Shown piece after piece: positions 1-8,017 of a stretch of DNA of 18,361 bases. Position 1 is the first letter of the stretch. Each line of letters opens with the position of its first letter. Origin of the DNA: Candidatus Bathyarchaeia archaeon. Its GTDB lineage: Archaea > Thermoproteota > Bathyarchaeia > TCS64. The translations under genes and the position numbers were made by a program. The stretch covers positions 1-18,361 of the forward strand of contig JBEKDF010000047.1 of NCBI GenBank assembly GCA_050014495.1, in the 5' to 3' direction. The notes beneath the pieces are model-generated. The model saw only the letters and a program-made list of their open reading frames with translations. It was not told the origin of the DNA and ran no database searches.

Positions 1-2
1 AG

Positions 3-1487
3 GTCCTCGATGAACTCCGTGAATCTCTACCGCCGGGGGTACAACAACTTATGGAGATTGAAGGAATTGGTCCAAAGAACGCGATGAGACTAATTGAAGA
101 GCTTAAAATTGGATCAATCGATGATCTTGAGAAAGCAGCGAAGGAGGGAAGAGTTCGAGAGCTAAAGGGATTCGGCGAAAAGAAGGAGCAGAACATCCTC
201 CAAGGCATAGGAGATTATAGGAACAAGCAGACGCGATTCCTACTCGGTGCTGTGCTGCCGGTCGTCGACGATATGCTCGCTTGGATGAAGGAGTCCCCCG
301 CTGTCTTGAAAGCTGAGGTTGCTGGGTCCTTCCGCCGAAAAAGGGAGACGATAGGTGACCTCGACTTATTGGTCGCTTCGAATGACCCCGATGTAGCGTC
401 TCAACGCTTCATAGAGATGCCCCCCGTTGAACGAGTGGTTAGCCACGGAGCTACGAAGAGTACCGTCTTCCTGAAGGGCCACCTGCAGGTTGACTGCCGC
501 GTCATCTCACCAGAAGCCTATGGCGCAGCCCTCCAATACTTCACAGGCTCGAAAGATCATAATGTCAAGTTACGAACCATAGGCGTCAAACTTGGCTATA
601 AGCTTAACGAGTATGGCCTATTTCGAAGAGATGGCGATACTATTGTCGCTTCAGAGAATGAGGAGGAAATTTACGCCAAGCTGGGGATGAGCTGGATACC
701 ACCCGAACTACGGGAGAATAGGGGGGAGATAAAGGCAGCTATGAACCATATGCTTCCGAAACTTATCGAGCTTAGGGACATGAAGGGGGACTTACACTGT
801 CACAGCAAGTGGAGTGAGGGTACAATGACTTTAGGGGAAGTAGCTGAGAAGGCGTTGAGCCTCGGTCTAGAATACGTTGCGATCACGGATCATTCGAAGA
901 GTTTAGGCATCGCCAATGGCTTAGATGAGGAACGACTTAGGGATCAGGGGAAAGAGATTGATGCCATTAACAAGGAAGCCAAGGGCATCACATTGCTCAA
1001 GGGAATAGAGTGTGACATAAAGTCAGATGGCTCCCTGGATCTCCCGAATTCGAGCCTGCGAGACCTTGACTTCGTCGTCGCCAGTATTCATAGTGGCTTC
1101 AAGAAAGATGAGGAGACGATGACGAATCGCTTGATATCAGCGGTGCATAATGAATATGTTTCCACTATTGGACACCCCACAGGGAGAATCATCCAGAAGA
1201 GGAAGCCATACAGCATCAACTTTGACCGAGTTCTGGAGGAGGCAGCTAAACAGCGAGTCTCAATGGAAATAAACGCTTACCCGGAGCGACTCGACCTTGA
1301 TGACGTGTCGAGTAGAAAAGCTATGGAGGCGGGGGTTTTAATGAGTATCGGTACAGACGCTCATGCCCTGAATCAGATGGAGTTCCTACCTCTTGGAGTA
1401 TCGGTGGCGCGGCGTGGGTGGCTCACCGCCAATGACGTTGTAAACACGAAGCCGATTAAAGAGCTCCTCAAGCTTCGTCGAGGCTAA
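3..1487 (+). CDS. polX: DNA polymerase X / PHP-domain 3'-5' exonuclease (5'-partial)
   Basis: Frame is open back to the window start (VLDELRESLPPGVQQLM...). HhH motifs GIGPK and GFGEK; GSFRR..ETIGDLDLL; VDCR; YFTGSKDHN; C-terminal PHP motifs HCH, TDH, HPTGR, GTDAH. Confidence 0.95.
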   Translation, partial: VLDELRESLPPGVQQLMEIEGIGPKNAMRLIEELKIGSIDDLEKAAKEGRVRELKGFGEKKEQNILQGIGDYRNKQTRFLLGAVLPVVDDMLAWMKESPAVLKAEVAGSFRRKRETIGDLDLLVASNDPDVASQRFIEMPPVERVVSHGATKSTVFLKGHLQVDCRVISPEAYGAALQYFTGSKDHNVKLRTIGVKLGYKLNEYGLFRRDGDTIVASENEEEIYAKLGMSWIPPELRENRGEIKAAMNHMLPKLIELRDMKGDLHCHSKWSEGTMTLGEVAEKALSLGLEYVAITDHSKSLGIANGLDEERLRDQGKEIDAINKEAKGITLLKGIECDIKSDGSLDLPNSSLRDLDFVVASIHSGFKKDEETMTNRLISAVHNEYVSTIGHPTGRIIQKRKPYSINFDRVLEEAAKQRVSMEINAYPERLDLDDVSSRKAMEAGVLMSIGTDAHALNQMEFLPLGVSVARRGWLTANDVVNTKPIKELLKLRRG

Positions 1488-1523
1488 ATCGATCGATGAA
1501 TCTTAAGAGTTAGCACACGTATC

Positions 1524-2135
1524 CTACATGGGTTTTGCCAAGAACTCGTGTAGTTTAAGGTCCCTAATTCTGTTTGATGCCGCAGGAGTGATCACCATGA
1601 CAGTATCCGCCCCCGCATGGCTCCCTGCAACAGTGATTACAGGCTTATCGATGCCCACTGCGTCGCAGTCCGCAGCCATCATCACTATCTCTGCGCAAAC
1701 CTTAGTCCCTTGGCTGAATAGGCGGAGAGTGTTAGCAACAATCACATTGACCGGAGGTACTATAAATGGGAGACCAGCATCCAACGATTGCTCATTGTCT
1801 GGTCTCTGTCTCCCCACTCCAACCTCGACTCCTCCTGTTAGTACGTCCGTACAGGTGACAACCCTACCAGCTTTCTGCAGCTTCTCTAAGACATTGGTGG
1901 GCATCATCTGCTTTCCTTTGGAAGGATAACCCGTTTGGTGTCTAACGAACACGAGTTTGATGCCACTCCCTTTGAAAACCTCAATGGCTTTGATCCCCGT
2001 CCCACCCGTGGAGGTAGAAATGAGGACTGTATCTATGCTCCTCTCTTTCGCCCCGAGTAAGGCGATTTTTAGCGTCTCCTCAGTGTGCTCTTCTCCACCC
2101 TTTTCGAAGATGACTGTAGTTCTCTTTGCACTCAT
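1524..2135 (-). CDS. Pyruvate kinase C-terminal alpha/beta (PK_C)-domain protein, conserved archaeal family
   Basis: Motifs F..GG.EHTEETL, STSTGGTG, NTLRLFSQGTKVCAEIVMMAAD and AGSHAGADT. Start placed at MSAK (2135) to avoid overlap with the upstream gene; 2141 is an alternative. Confidence 0.8.
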   Translation of the reverse strand: MSAKRTTVIFEKGGEEHTEETLKIALLGAKERSIDTVLISTSTGGTGIKAIEVFKGSGIKLVFVRHQTGYPSKGKQMMPTNVLEKLQKAGRVVTCTDVLTGGVEVGVGRQRPDNEQSLDAGLPFIVPPVNVIVANTLRLFSQGTKVCAEIVMMAADCDAVGIDKPVITVAGSHAGADTVMVITPAASNRIRDLKLHEFLAKPM

Positions 2136-2184
2136 ATCCATCACTGAATGTTGGTTGATTGATGGACTAAGTGAGTTATAAGAG

Positions 2185-3204
2185 TTAGATGTGCTCCTCA
2201 CGATGTCCTATGATTGGGATCTTTTCACCACAGTGTTTACAGTGGTTTGTTTCATCGAGGCGCCACTTAGTTATCTCGTAGCCAACTCTGGCGACGACAG
2301 TCTCTCCGCACCTTGGGCAGACTGTATCCTCGTAACCCTCACCGGGAACGTTTCCAACGTATACATAGTGGACGCCCTCTTCCTTAGCGGCTTCTCTAGC
2401 CCTTAGAAGAGTCTCTACTGGTGTCGGAGGTATGTGGCTGAATTTGTATTGAGGATAGAACTTGCTTAGATGTAGGGGGATATCGGGTCCCAGATTGTCG
2501 ACGAGGTATCTCGACATCCTCCTTGCCTCATCTTCGCTGTCGTTCGTCTCGGGAATTATTAGAAAGGTTATCTCGACGTGCGCCCCTTTCTTATGCATCT
2601 CTATCGTTGCATCGAGTACACTCTGTAGATCAGCAGAGCAATACTTTCTGTAGAATTCTTCTGTGAATCCTTTCCAATCCACATTCGCGGCGTCGATTAC
2701 GTCAACGACTCTGTCAAGTGCCTCCAGGCTCACGTAGCCGTTAGTCACGAGGACGTTCTTAATCCCCTCCTTCTTCGCGATCCTCGCCGTATCCTCGACA
2801 TAGTCTAGGTTGATCAATGGTTCATTGTACGTGTAGCTGATACTCGTGCAATCTTGGCGATGGGCCATATCGACCACGTAGTCTGGGGGAACTTTTTTCA
2901 GCTCGCTCCCAGGCTTAGCGGTGGAGAGGTGCCAATTTTGACACCATGGACATGTGAAGCTGCAACCTACGCTGCTTATACTGAGACTTAGACTCCCGGG
3001 ATAAAAATGAGTGAGGGGTTTTTTCTCGATAGGGTCAACGGCGATCGCACTCAGGAGCCCATATGTAAGATTAATTAATTTTCCTCCCTGGTTCTCCTTG
3101 GTCCCGCAGAAGCCTCTCTGACCAGGTTTTAGTGTACACATCCTAGGGCAGATTATGCAGCGGACTGTCTCATTGTCTGCCCTCACCTTGTACCGTGTCT
3201 CCAT
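2185..3204 (-). CDS. amrS: AmmeMemoRadiSam-system radical SAM enzyme (PFL-activase-like)
   Basis: CSFTCPWC (CxxxCxxC) preceded by DPIEKKPL.HFYPG; N-terminal CIICPRMC..GFCG; SYTYNEP; VTNG; C-terminal CPRC and CKHC. Confidence 0.92.
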   Translation of the reverse strand: METRYKVRADNETVRCIICPRMCTLKPGQRGFCGTKENQGGKLINLTYGLLSAIAVDPIEKKPLTHFYPGSLSLSISSVGCSFTCPWCQNWHLSTAKPGSELKKVPPDYVVDMAHRQDCTSISYTYNEPLINLDYVEDTARIAKKEGIKNVLVTNGYVSLEALDRVVDVIDAANVDWKGFTEEFYRKYCSADLQSVLDATIEMHKKGAHVEITFLIIPETNDSEDEARRMSRYLVDNLGPDIPLHLSKFYPQYKFSHIPPTPVETLLRAREAAKEEGVHYVYVGNVPGEGYEDTVCPRCGETVVARVGYEITKWRLDETNHCKHCGEKIPIIGHREEHI

Positions 3205-3285
3205 TGATCATCAAAGTGGAAGGCGTTGGTTTAACGGTTATCCCTTAACAAAGAGATTGTTTGCCAACTTAAAATTGACGAGGAT

Positions 3286-3987
3286 CTAGAAGTGCTTCTT
3301 AATCTCTTCTTCGGTGAGTTTCCTGAAGTTCTTGGTGTCGATCGGTATGACTGCTGCATTTACGTTCTCAGGTTTGAGGTCGTTCGTGTAAGCCGCTTTA
3401 ATGGCCTCTATTGCGAGTGTTATTGCCTCTTCGAGGGTGATATCGTCTTTGTATTTCTTCTCTAGTACTTCTCGAGCTTTTTCACTGTTCATACCGAGGG
3501 CCGCAGCTTTGTAGCCTCGGTAGCTTCCGCTAGGGTCTGTAGTTATGAGGCGTGGTCCGCTCGCATCAACTCCAGCCACTATCATGCTGACACCGAATGG
3601 GCGAACGCCTGCATTCTGTGTGTATTGTTGAAGAATGTCACCGATGCTGCTCACTAGACTCTCGATTCCGATGGGCTCATCGTAGGTCATTCTGTTTCCC
3701 TGGCAGGCGTAACGTGCCTCTCGTACGAGGACTCTAGCGTCCGGACTGTTACCTGCAATCACAGCCCCTACATGGGTATCAAACTCGAAGAGCTTCTTAC
3801 TAAATCGTCTGTCCTCTAGACTGTTCTGGAGTATCTCGACGGCTGCGAGGGCCACACCCTCCTTTGTGAGGACGCCTGAGACTGGTGCTCCACGCTTAAC
3901 CAACTCGAGGGCATACTCAACCTGATATATGCGTCCCTCTGGGGAGAATATCGTGATTGCTTCGTCGTACTCCCTTCCACGTGACAT
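3286..3987 (-). CDS. psmA: 20S proteasome alpha subunit (divergent)
   Basis: YDEAITIFSPEGRIYQVEYA N-terminal signature; YTQNAGVRPFGVSMIVAGVD; TDPSGSY. Confidence 0.93.
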   Translation of the reverse strand: MSRGREYDEAITIFSPEGRIYQVEYALELVKRGAPVSGVLTKEGVALAAVEILQNSLEDRRFSKKLFEFDTHVGAVIAGNSPDARVLVREARYACQGNRMTYDEPIGIESLVSSIGDILQQYTQNAGVRPFGVSMIVAGVDASGPRLITTDPSGSYRGYKAAALGMNSEKAREVLEKKYKDDITLEEAITLAIEAIKAAYTNDLKPENVNAAVIPIDTKNFRKLTEEEIKKHF

Positions 3988-4026
3988 ATTTGCAGCCCCT
4001 TGTCTGCTAATCGTTTGAGTGGGGGG

Positions 4027-4038
4027 TATTTAAACTTC
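4027..4038 (-). promoter_or_regulatory. Putative TATA box (with upstream purines) for psmA
   Basis: Minus strand reads GAAG-TTTAAATA about 40 nt upstream of the psmA ATG. The same TTTAAATACCC precedes the Lrp gene. Confidence 0.6.
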
Positions 4039-4216
4039 TCAGCCTAGCAAGAGTAATGCAACGTTTAGAAGATTTGGGGTAATCATATAAGGGCTTGCGA
4101 AACTTATTCAGAGTGAGTTTGAAGGTTATTTATTCGTTAATTTGACTGAGCTCGGGTCAGAGTAGGCGAATAATTGGCGAATAGTGTATTCATCGGCTGT
4201 TTGCATTGAATTAAAT

Positions 4217-4234
4217 TAGGTAAGGTTTTACCTA
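4217..4234. promoter_or_regulatory. Palindromic operator-like site upstream of the ABC operon
   Basis: TAGGTAA-ggtt-TTACCTA, a perfect 7-4-7 inverted repeat about 50 nt before the ABC ATPase start, in AT-rich intergenic DNA. Confidence 0.55.
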
Positions 4235-4283
4235 TGTAAAGGCGTTCCTAGTTCGTTAAAATCACTTTAGAAGTCTGATCGAT

Positions 4284-5393
4284 GTGGAGTATGCAATAGA
4301 GACTGTTAACCTCATAAAGCGGTACCCTACGAGTTCACGGCTTTCGACTGCTGGAATGCCTCGAGGACCTGCTGCCCGTGGTAATGTTGGATCATTCGGT
4401 GCTATTATCGATGCAGTGAAGGGTTCTCGTGGCCCGTTCATCGAGGCGTTGAGGGGGATCAACCTCAGAATAAGGGAGAGAGAAATATTCGGTATTCTTG
4501 GACCAAATGGCGCAGGGAAAACGACGCTAATCAAAATTCTATGTACCCTAGTCCTTTACGATGAGGGTGAGGTCTACGTTAATGGCCATGATCCTCGGAA
4601 GGAGGTTGGCGAGGTGCTGAAAAATCTCCAGGCTGTCCTCCCCGAGAGCAGAGGATTTAATTGGCGCCTTACCGGTAAGCAGAACCTCGAGTTCTATGCT
4701 CTCCTCTATGGCCTCAGTGACTCTGATGCGAGGGAGCGAGTTAATTACCTACTAGATTTCACAGGTCTCACGGCTAGAGCCGACGATGGGATTCAACGCT
4801 ACTCAACGGGGATGCAGCGGAGACTGCTACTATGTAGAGCGCTGCTACGGGATACACCGATAATCGTTTTCGACGAGCCCACATCAGGGCTTGATCCAGC
4901 CTCAGCAGGGGAGTTTCGGAGAATGATAATTGACAGACTCGCAAAGGAGGAGGGAAAGACAGTGCTCCTCAGCACTCATAACCTCCAAGAAGCTCAAGAG
5001 CTTTGTGACAGGATCGCGATAATGGAGCGTGGTAAGGTAATAGCCTCGGATACACCAGATAATGTCAGACACCTTGTAATTGAGGATAGGATGCTTAAAG
5101 TAGCCATATCAGGGACCAATCCGGAATCACTACCTGAGAAGCTAATCGGGGACTTGGAGGCAATTCAAGGAGTGCACAGCGTCTCTCCAGAGTTCAACAC
5201 TGGAGGACTTCAAACTCTCTCTATGAGAGTTGAAAAAGAGATGGATCTAACTGACGTGCTCAGACTTCTCAGCGGGAGTGGCTTTCGGATCCAATCTGTG
5301 AATACCGAGGAGCCAACCCTCGAGGACGCCTTCAATATGATCACAGGGCAAGAAGAACATCGAGGACCGAGAAGAATGGCGGGGGGATTCTAA
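4284..5393 (+). CDS. ABC-2 type exporter ATP-binding protein
   Basis: Walker A GPNGAGKTT, signature YSTGM, Walker B IIVFDE, H-loop STH, C-terminal EPTLEDAF domain. Confidence 0.95.
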   Translation: MEYAIETVNLIKRYPTSSRLSTAGMPRGPAARGNVGSFGAIIDAVKGSRGPFIEALRGINLRIREREIFGILGPNGAGKTTLIKILCTLVLYDEGEVYVNGHDPRKEVGEVLKNLQAVLPESRGFNWRLTGKQNLEFYALLYGLSDSDARERVNYLLDFTGLTARADDGIQRYSTGMQRRLLLCRALLRDTPIIVFDEPTSGLDPASAGEFRRMIIDRLAKEEGKTVLLSTHNLQEAQELCDRIAIMERGKVIASDTPDNVRHLVIEDRMLKVAISGTNPESLPEKLIGDLEAIQGVHSVSPEFNTGGLQTLSMRVEKEMDLTDVLRLLSGSGFRIQSVNTEEPTLEDAFNMITGQEEHRGPRRMAGGF

Positions 5394-5397
5394 ACAG

Positions 5398-6213
5398 ATG
5401 GAAATACCAATAGCATTGAAACAGATAATTGCCTTTACCCAGAGAGATTTCTTCAGCTGGGCAACTTACCGCACTGCTGCAGCGACACAGGTCATGGGCA
5501 TATTCATCGCCGTCTTTGCCTGGGGCGTCGGCGCTGCATATGTCCAGAAACCTGTTCAGGAGATGTATGGCAGTGACTATATCTCGTTCCTGCTGGTAGG
5601 AGTCGCAGTGAGCAACCTCATACTTCCTTTGATGCAGGGAATACAAAATCAGCTAAACCCATGGACCCTTGAAACCATACTAATGACGGGTGTCAGCACA
5701 ACGATCTTTGTGTTAGGTAACATAATGTGGACGTACATATTCTCAATTATCAGCTTCATCCCTTATTTGATCTTCGGAATCTCTTTTTTCCATGCATCAA
5801 TAAATGCTAATATTATCGCAGTTGTTCTGGCCTTCATAATCTCAGCTGCGATAATGATGGGGCTTGCCATGATCTCTACTGGGCTAAGAATTCTTACGAA
5901 GTCGATGGACCCAATAACATGGGCTTTGAATGTCATGCAGAGCCTGTTCGCTGGTGTGGCATTTCCTGTAATCTATCTCGACACAATCCTCTTCCCTGGG
6001 GCCTCAACAATATCTTGGTTCCTACCCCAAACTTGGGTTTATCACCTCTGGAGGGTAGCTATGCTCACGAATCCCTCATTAACAGATCCAGTTGTCTTGC
6101 TGGAGTTCGCTAAGGGAACTCTCTTTGCGATCGTAATTCTGCCTCTCGGATACAAGGTATTCTGGTGGGGAGTTAACCGTTCAAAGCGTGAGGGTACCTT
6201 AGGCTGGTATTAA
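5398..6213 (+). CDS. ABC-2 type transporter permease
   Basis: About six hydrophobic segments, starts 4 nt after the ATPase, GVAFP and LPQTW motifs. Confidence 0.88.
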   Translation: MEIPIALKQIIAFTQRDFFSWATYRTAAATQVMGIFIAVFAWGVGAAYVQKPVQEMYGSDYISFLLVGVAVSNLILPLMQGIQNQLNPWTLETILMTGVSTTIFVLGNIMWTYIFSIISFIPYLIFGISFFHASINANIIAVVLAFIISAAIMMGLAMISTGLRILTKSMDPITWALNVMQSLFAGVAFPVIYLDTILFPGASTISWFLPQTWVYHLWRVAMLTNPSLTDPVVLLEFAKGTLFAIVILPLGYKVFWWGVNRSKREGTLGWY

Positions 6214-6248
6214 TCATCATCAAAGAAAAGAACTGAGATCTTATTGTC

Positions 6249-7124
6249 CTAAGTGAGTTCTCCCCTTACTAACATTGCAACTTTGCCCCCGACCCTTACA
6301 TCGATGCCGTCTTTCGTTTCTTCAGCTCTAAGATAGAGAATACTCGGGCGACCTATCTCGGCGCCCTGCTCTACTCTAATATCGATGTTAGGCGATCTAT
6401 AATACCTGTGCTTCACAAGGTAACCTGCTAGGCAGCCGTTAGCACTCCCAGTCGCTGGGTCCTCCGTCCAATCAGTTACCATTCGTGCCTTCAGTTGGTT
6501 TTCCTTTGCCTCAGTTTCTGGACAAAAGAGAAGGGGCCATTTCGCATTCTTGTCTTCTGAATATGCCTTCAACTTCTCAGCATCGAGTTTTATCCTCTTC
6601 AACGCCTCCATAGTTTTGAGTGGTATGATATAGAACCAGACACCGGTTGAGACCTCCTGAATGGGGAAACGAGTGTCTATATCACTGGGACTTAGGTGGA
6701 ACATTGGGGCTATATCCTCAGGCCTGTGGGTTGCTCCAAACTCGGGGTTTAACTGCTTCATCCATAGAAGTGGCTGCCCATTAGTGACTTTCTGGAATCT
6801 GACAGGTATCATCCCAGCCTTCATATCTAGAGTAAGATCGGTGGTGTCTTTCTTCAATAGCTCTTTCGCGGCGACATAGGCAGTTCCGAGGGTCGGATGA
6901 CCCGCGAATGGGAGCTCACCAACTGATGTGAAGATGCGTATCTTGAAGATTCTTTTTTCTAGGTCGGAGTCAGTGATGAACGTTGACTCACTGAAGTTCA
7001 TCTCCCTTGCGAACTTCTGCATCATTTCTGCGGACCATCCCTCCCTCTCGATAACGACGGCGAGCTGGTTTCCCTCCAACTTTGCCTCTGCAAAAACATC
7101 GACGATAAAGATCTGGTTGCCCAA
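6249..7124 (-). CDS. PhzF-family isomerase/epimerase
   Basis: DVFA...GNQLAV, EMNFSESTF, RIFT..ELPFAGHPT, EDPATGSA, EQG.EIGRPS. Confidence 0.93.
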   Translation of the reverse strand: MGNQIFIVDVFAEAKLEGNQLAVVIEREGWSAEMMQKFAREMNFSESTFITDSDLEKRIFKIRIFTSVGELPFAGHPTLGTAYVAAKELLKKDTTDLTLDMKAGMIPVRFQKVTNGQPLLWMKQLNPEFGATHRPEDIAPMFHLSPSDIDTRFPIQEVSTGVWFYIIPLKTMEALKRIKLDAEKLKAYSEDKNAKWPLLFCPETEAKENQLKARMVTDWTEDPATGSANGCLAGYLVKHRYYRSPNIDIRVEQGAEIGRPSILYLRAEETKDGIDVRVGGKVAMLVRGELT

Positions 7125-7172
7125 TACGATCGTGGGTAAACTGGTTATCAGATTATTTGAGGATGGTGAGTG

Positions 7173-7703
7173 CTAATTGCTGATTGTGTGGTAATCCCAG
7201 TTCTTCTGGGCTATGGGATTAGCCTTTAAGAGGTTTAGTTTTCCATCCTTTAAACATCTTTCATCGATACTTGCAGCTAATATCTCCCCAACAAATAAAG
7301 TGTGGTCACCGCAGGTAACTGCATTTACAACCTTGCACTCGATGTGTCCATAACACTCATCGATTAGCGGAGGTTTTACTCTCTGTGCTGGGACGGGTGT
7401 CAGCCCAGTTTCTCTCCATTTGTCAGTGTCTCTTCCTGACTTCACTCCACAGAGATGCACCTTATCCGAAATCCCTATTCCCGGGGAGTTTACAACGAAC
7501 TCTTTTTGCTCCATTATGAGGTTGTGACTATAGCGCTTCGGGGAGACGCCTATTAGGACCAATGGTGGTTCATGGCTTATTGGCATGAACATCCCTAGGG
7601 TGATGATATTCGTTTTTCCAGTGGAGTCGATACAAGTAACCATGACTACCGGTGATATGGGACCAGCCTGATTGTAATTGTCCTTAGACAAACTAGTCCT
7701 CAC
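7173..7703 (-). CDS. Flavin reductase / flavoredoxin family protein
   Basis: PVVMVT, S.EPPLV.IGV, CG..SGRDTDK, P.I.EC...ECK, GDHTLFVGEI. Confidence 0.92.
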   Translation of the reverse strand: MRTSLSKDNYNQAGPISPVVMVTCIDSTGKTNIITLGMFMPISHEPPLVLIGVSPKRYSHNLIMEQKEFVVNSPGIGISDKVHLCGVKSGRDTDKWRETGLTPVPAQRVKPPLIDECYGHIECKVVNAVTCGDHTLFVGEILAASIDERCLKDGKLNLLKANPIAQKNWDYHTISN

Positions 7704-7851
7704 TTTTAGTTTCCTCCCTTATCACTTCTCCACACTTTTTGCACTTTTTCACTTGTTCTGTATCTATAAGTTCACCCCACATACTGTAAATGGTAATCAT
7801 ATCGTCTTCTAGATCTTCTGAGCCGCACTTGGGGCATGTTGGCTTCTTCAT
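7693..7851 (-). CDS. 52-aa zinc-ribbon microprotein (CPKCG ... CKKCG), not in the ORF track
   Basis: Manual translation: MKKPTCPKCGSEDLEDDMITIYSMWGELIDTEQVKKCKKCGEVIREETKSED*. ATG at 7851, TAG at 7693-7695, overlapping the flavin reductase start by 11 nt. Confidence 0.8.
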   Translation of the reverse strand: MKKPTCPKCGSEDLEDDMITIYSMWGELIDTEQVKKCKKCGEVIREETKSED

Positions 7852-8017
7852 AACAATGGGTACGACTTTGGAAAATTAAAGCCTGATCTGGTATAATCAA
7901 TCAATTTCTGATATGCACTCTAAAGGCAAAAACTGTCGAATAAGAATTGTGAACTTTCATAAATTATCCGATTTTTAAGAGTCTTATATTTTATTGCTAA
8001 GATATTAAAAATTTTGA

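Noticed and set aside
3988..4283. tRNA or structured ncRNA in the long intergenic region
   Set aside because: AT-rich with no cloverleaf or T-loop fold seen; consistent with divergent promoters.
7852..8017. AT-rich stretch as an origin or foreign insert
   Set aside because: Short, has no repeats, and is adequately explained as the tiaS terminator plus the next promoter.
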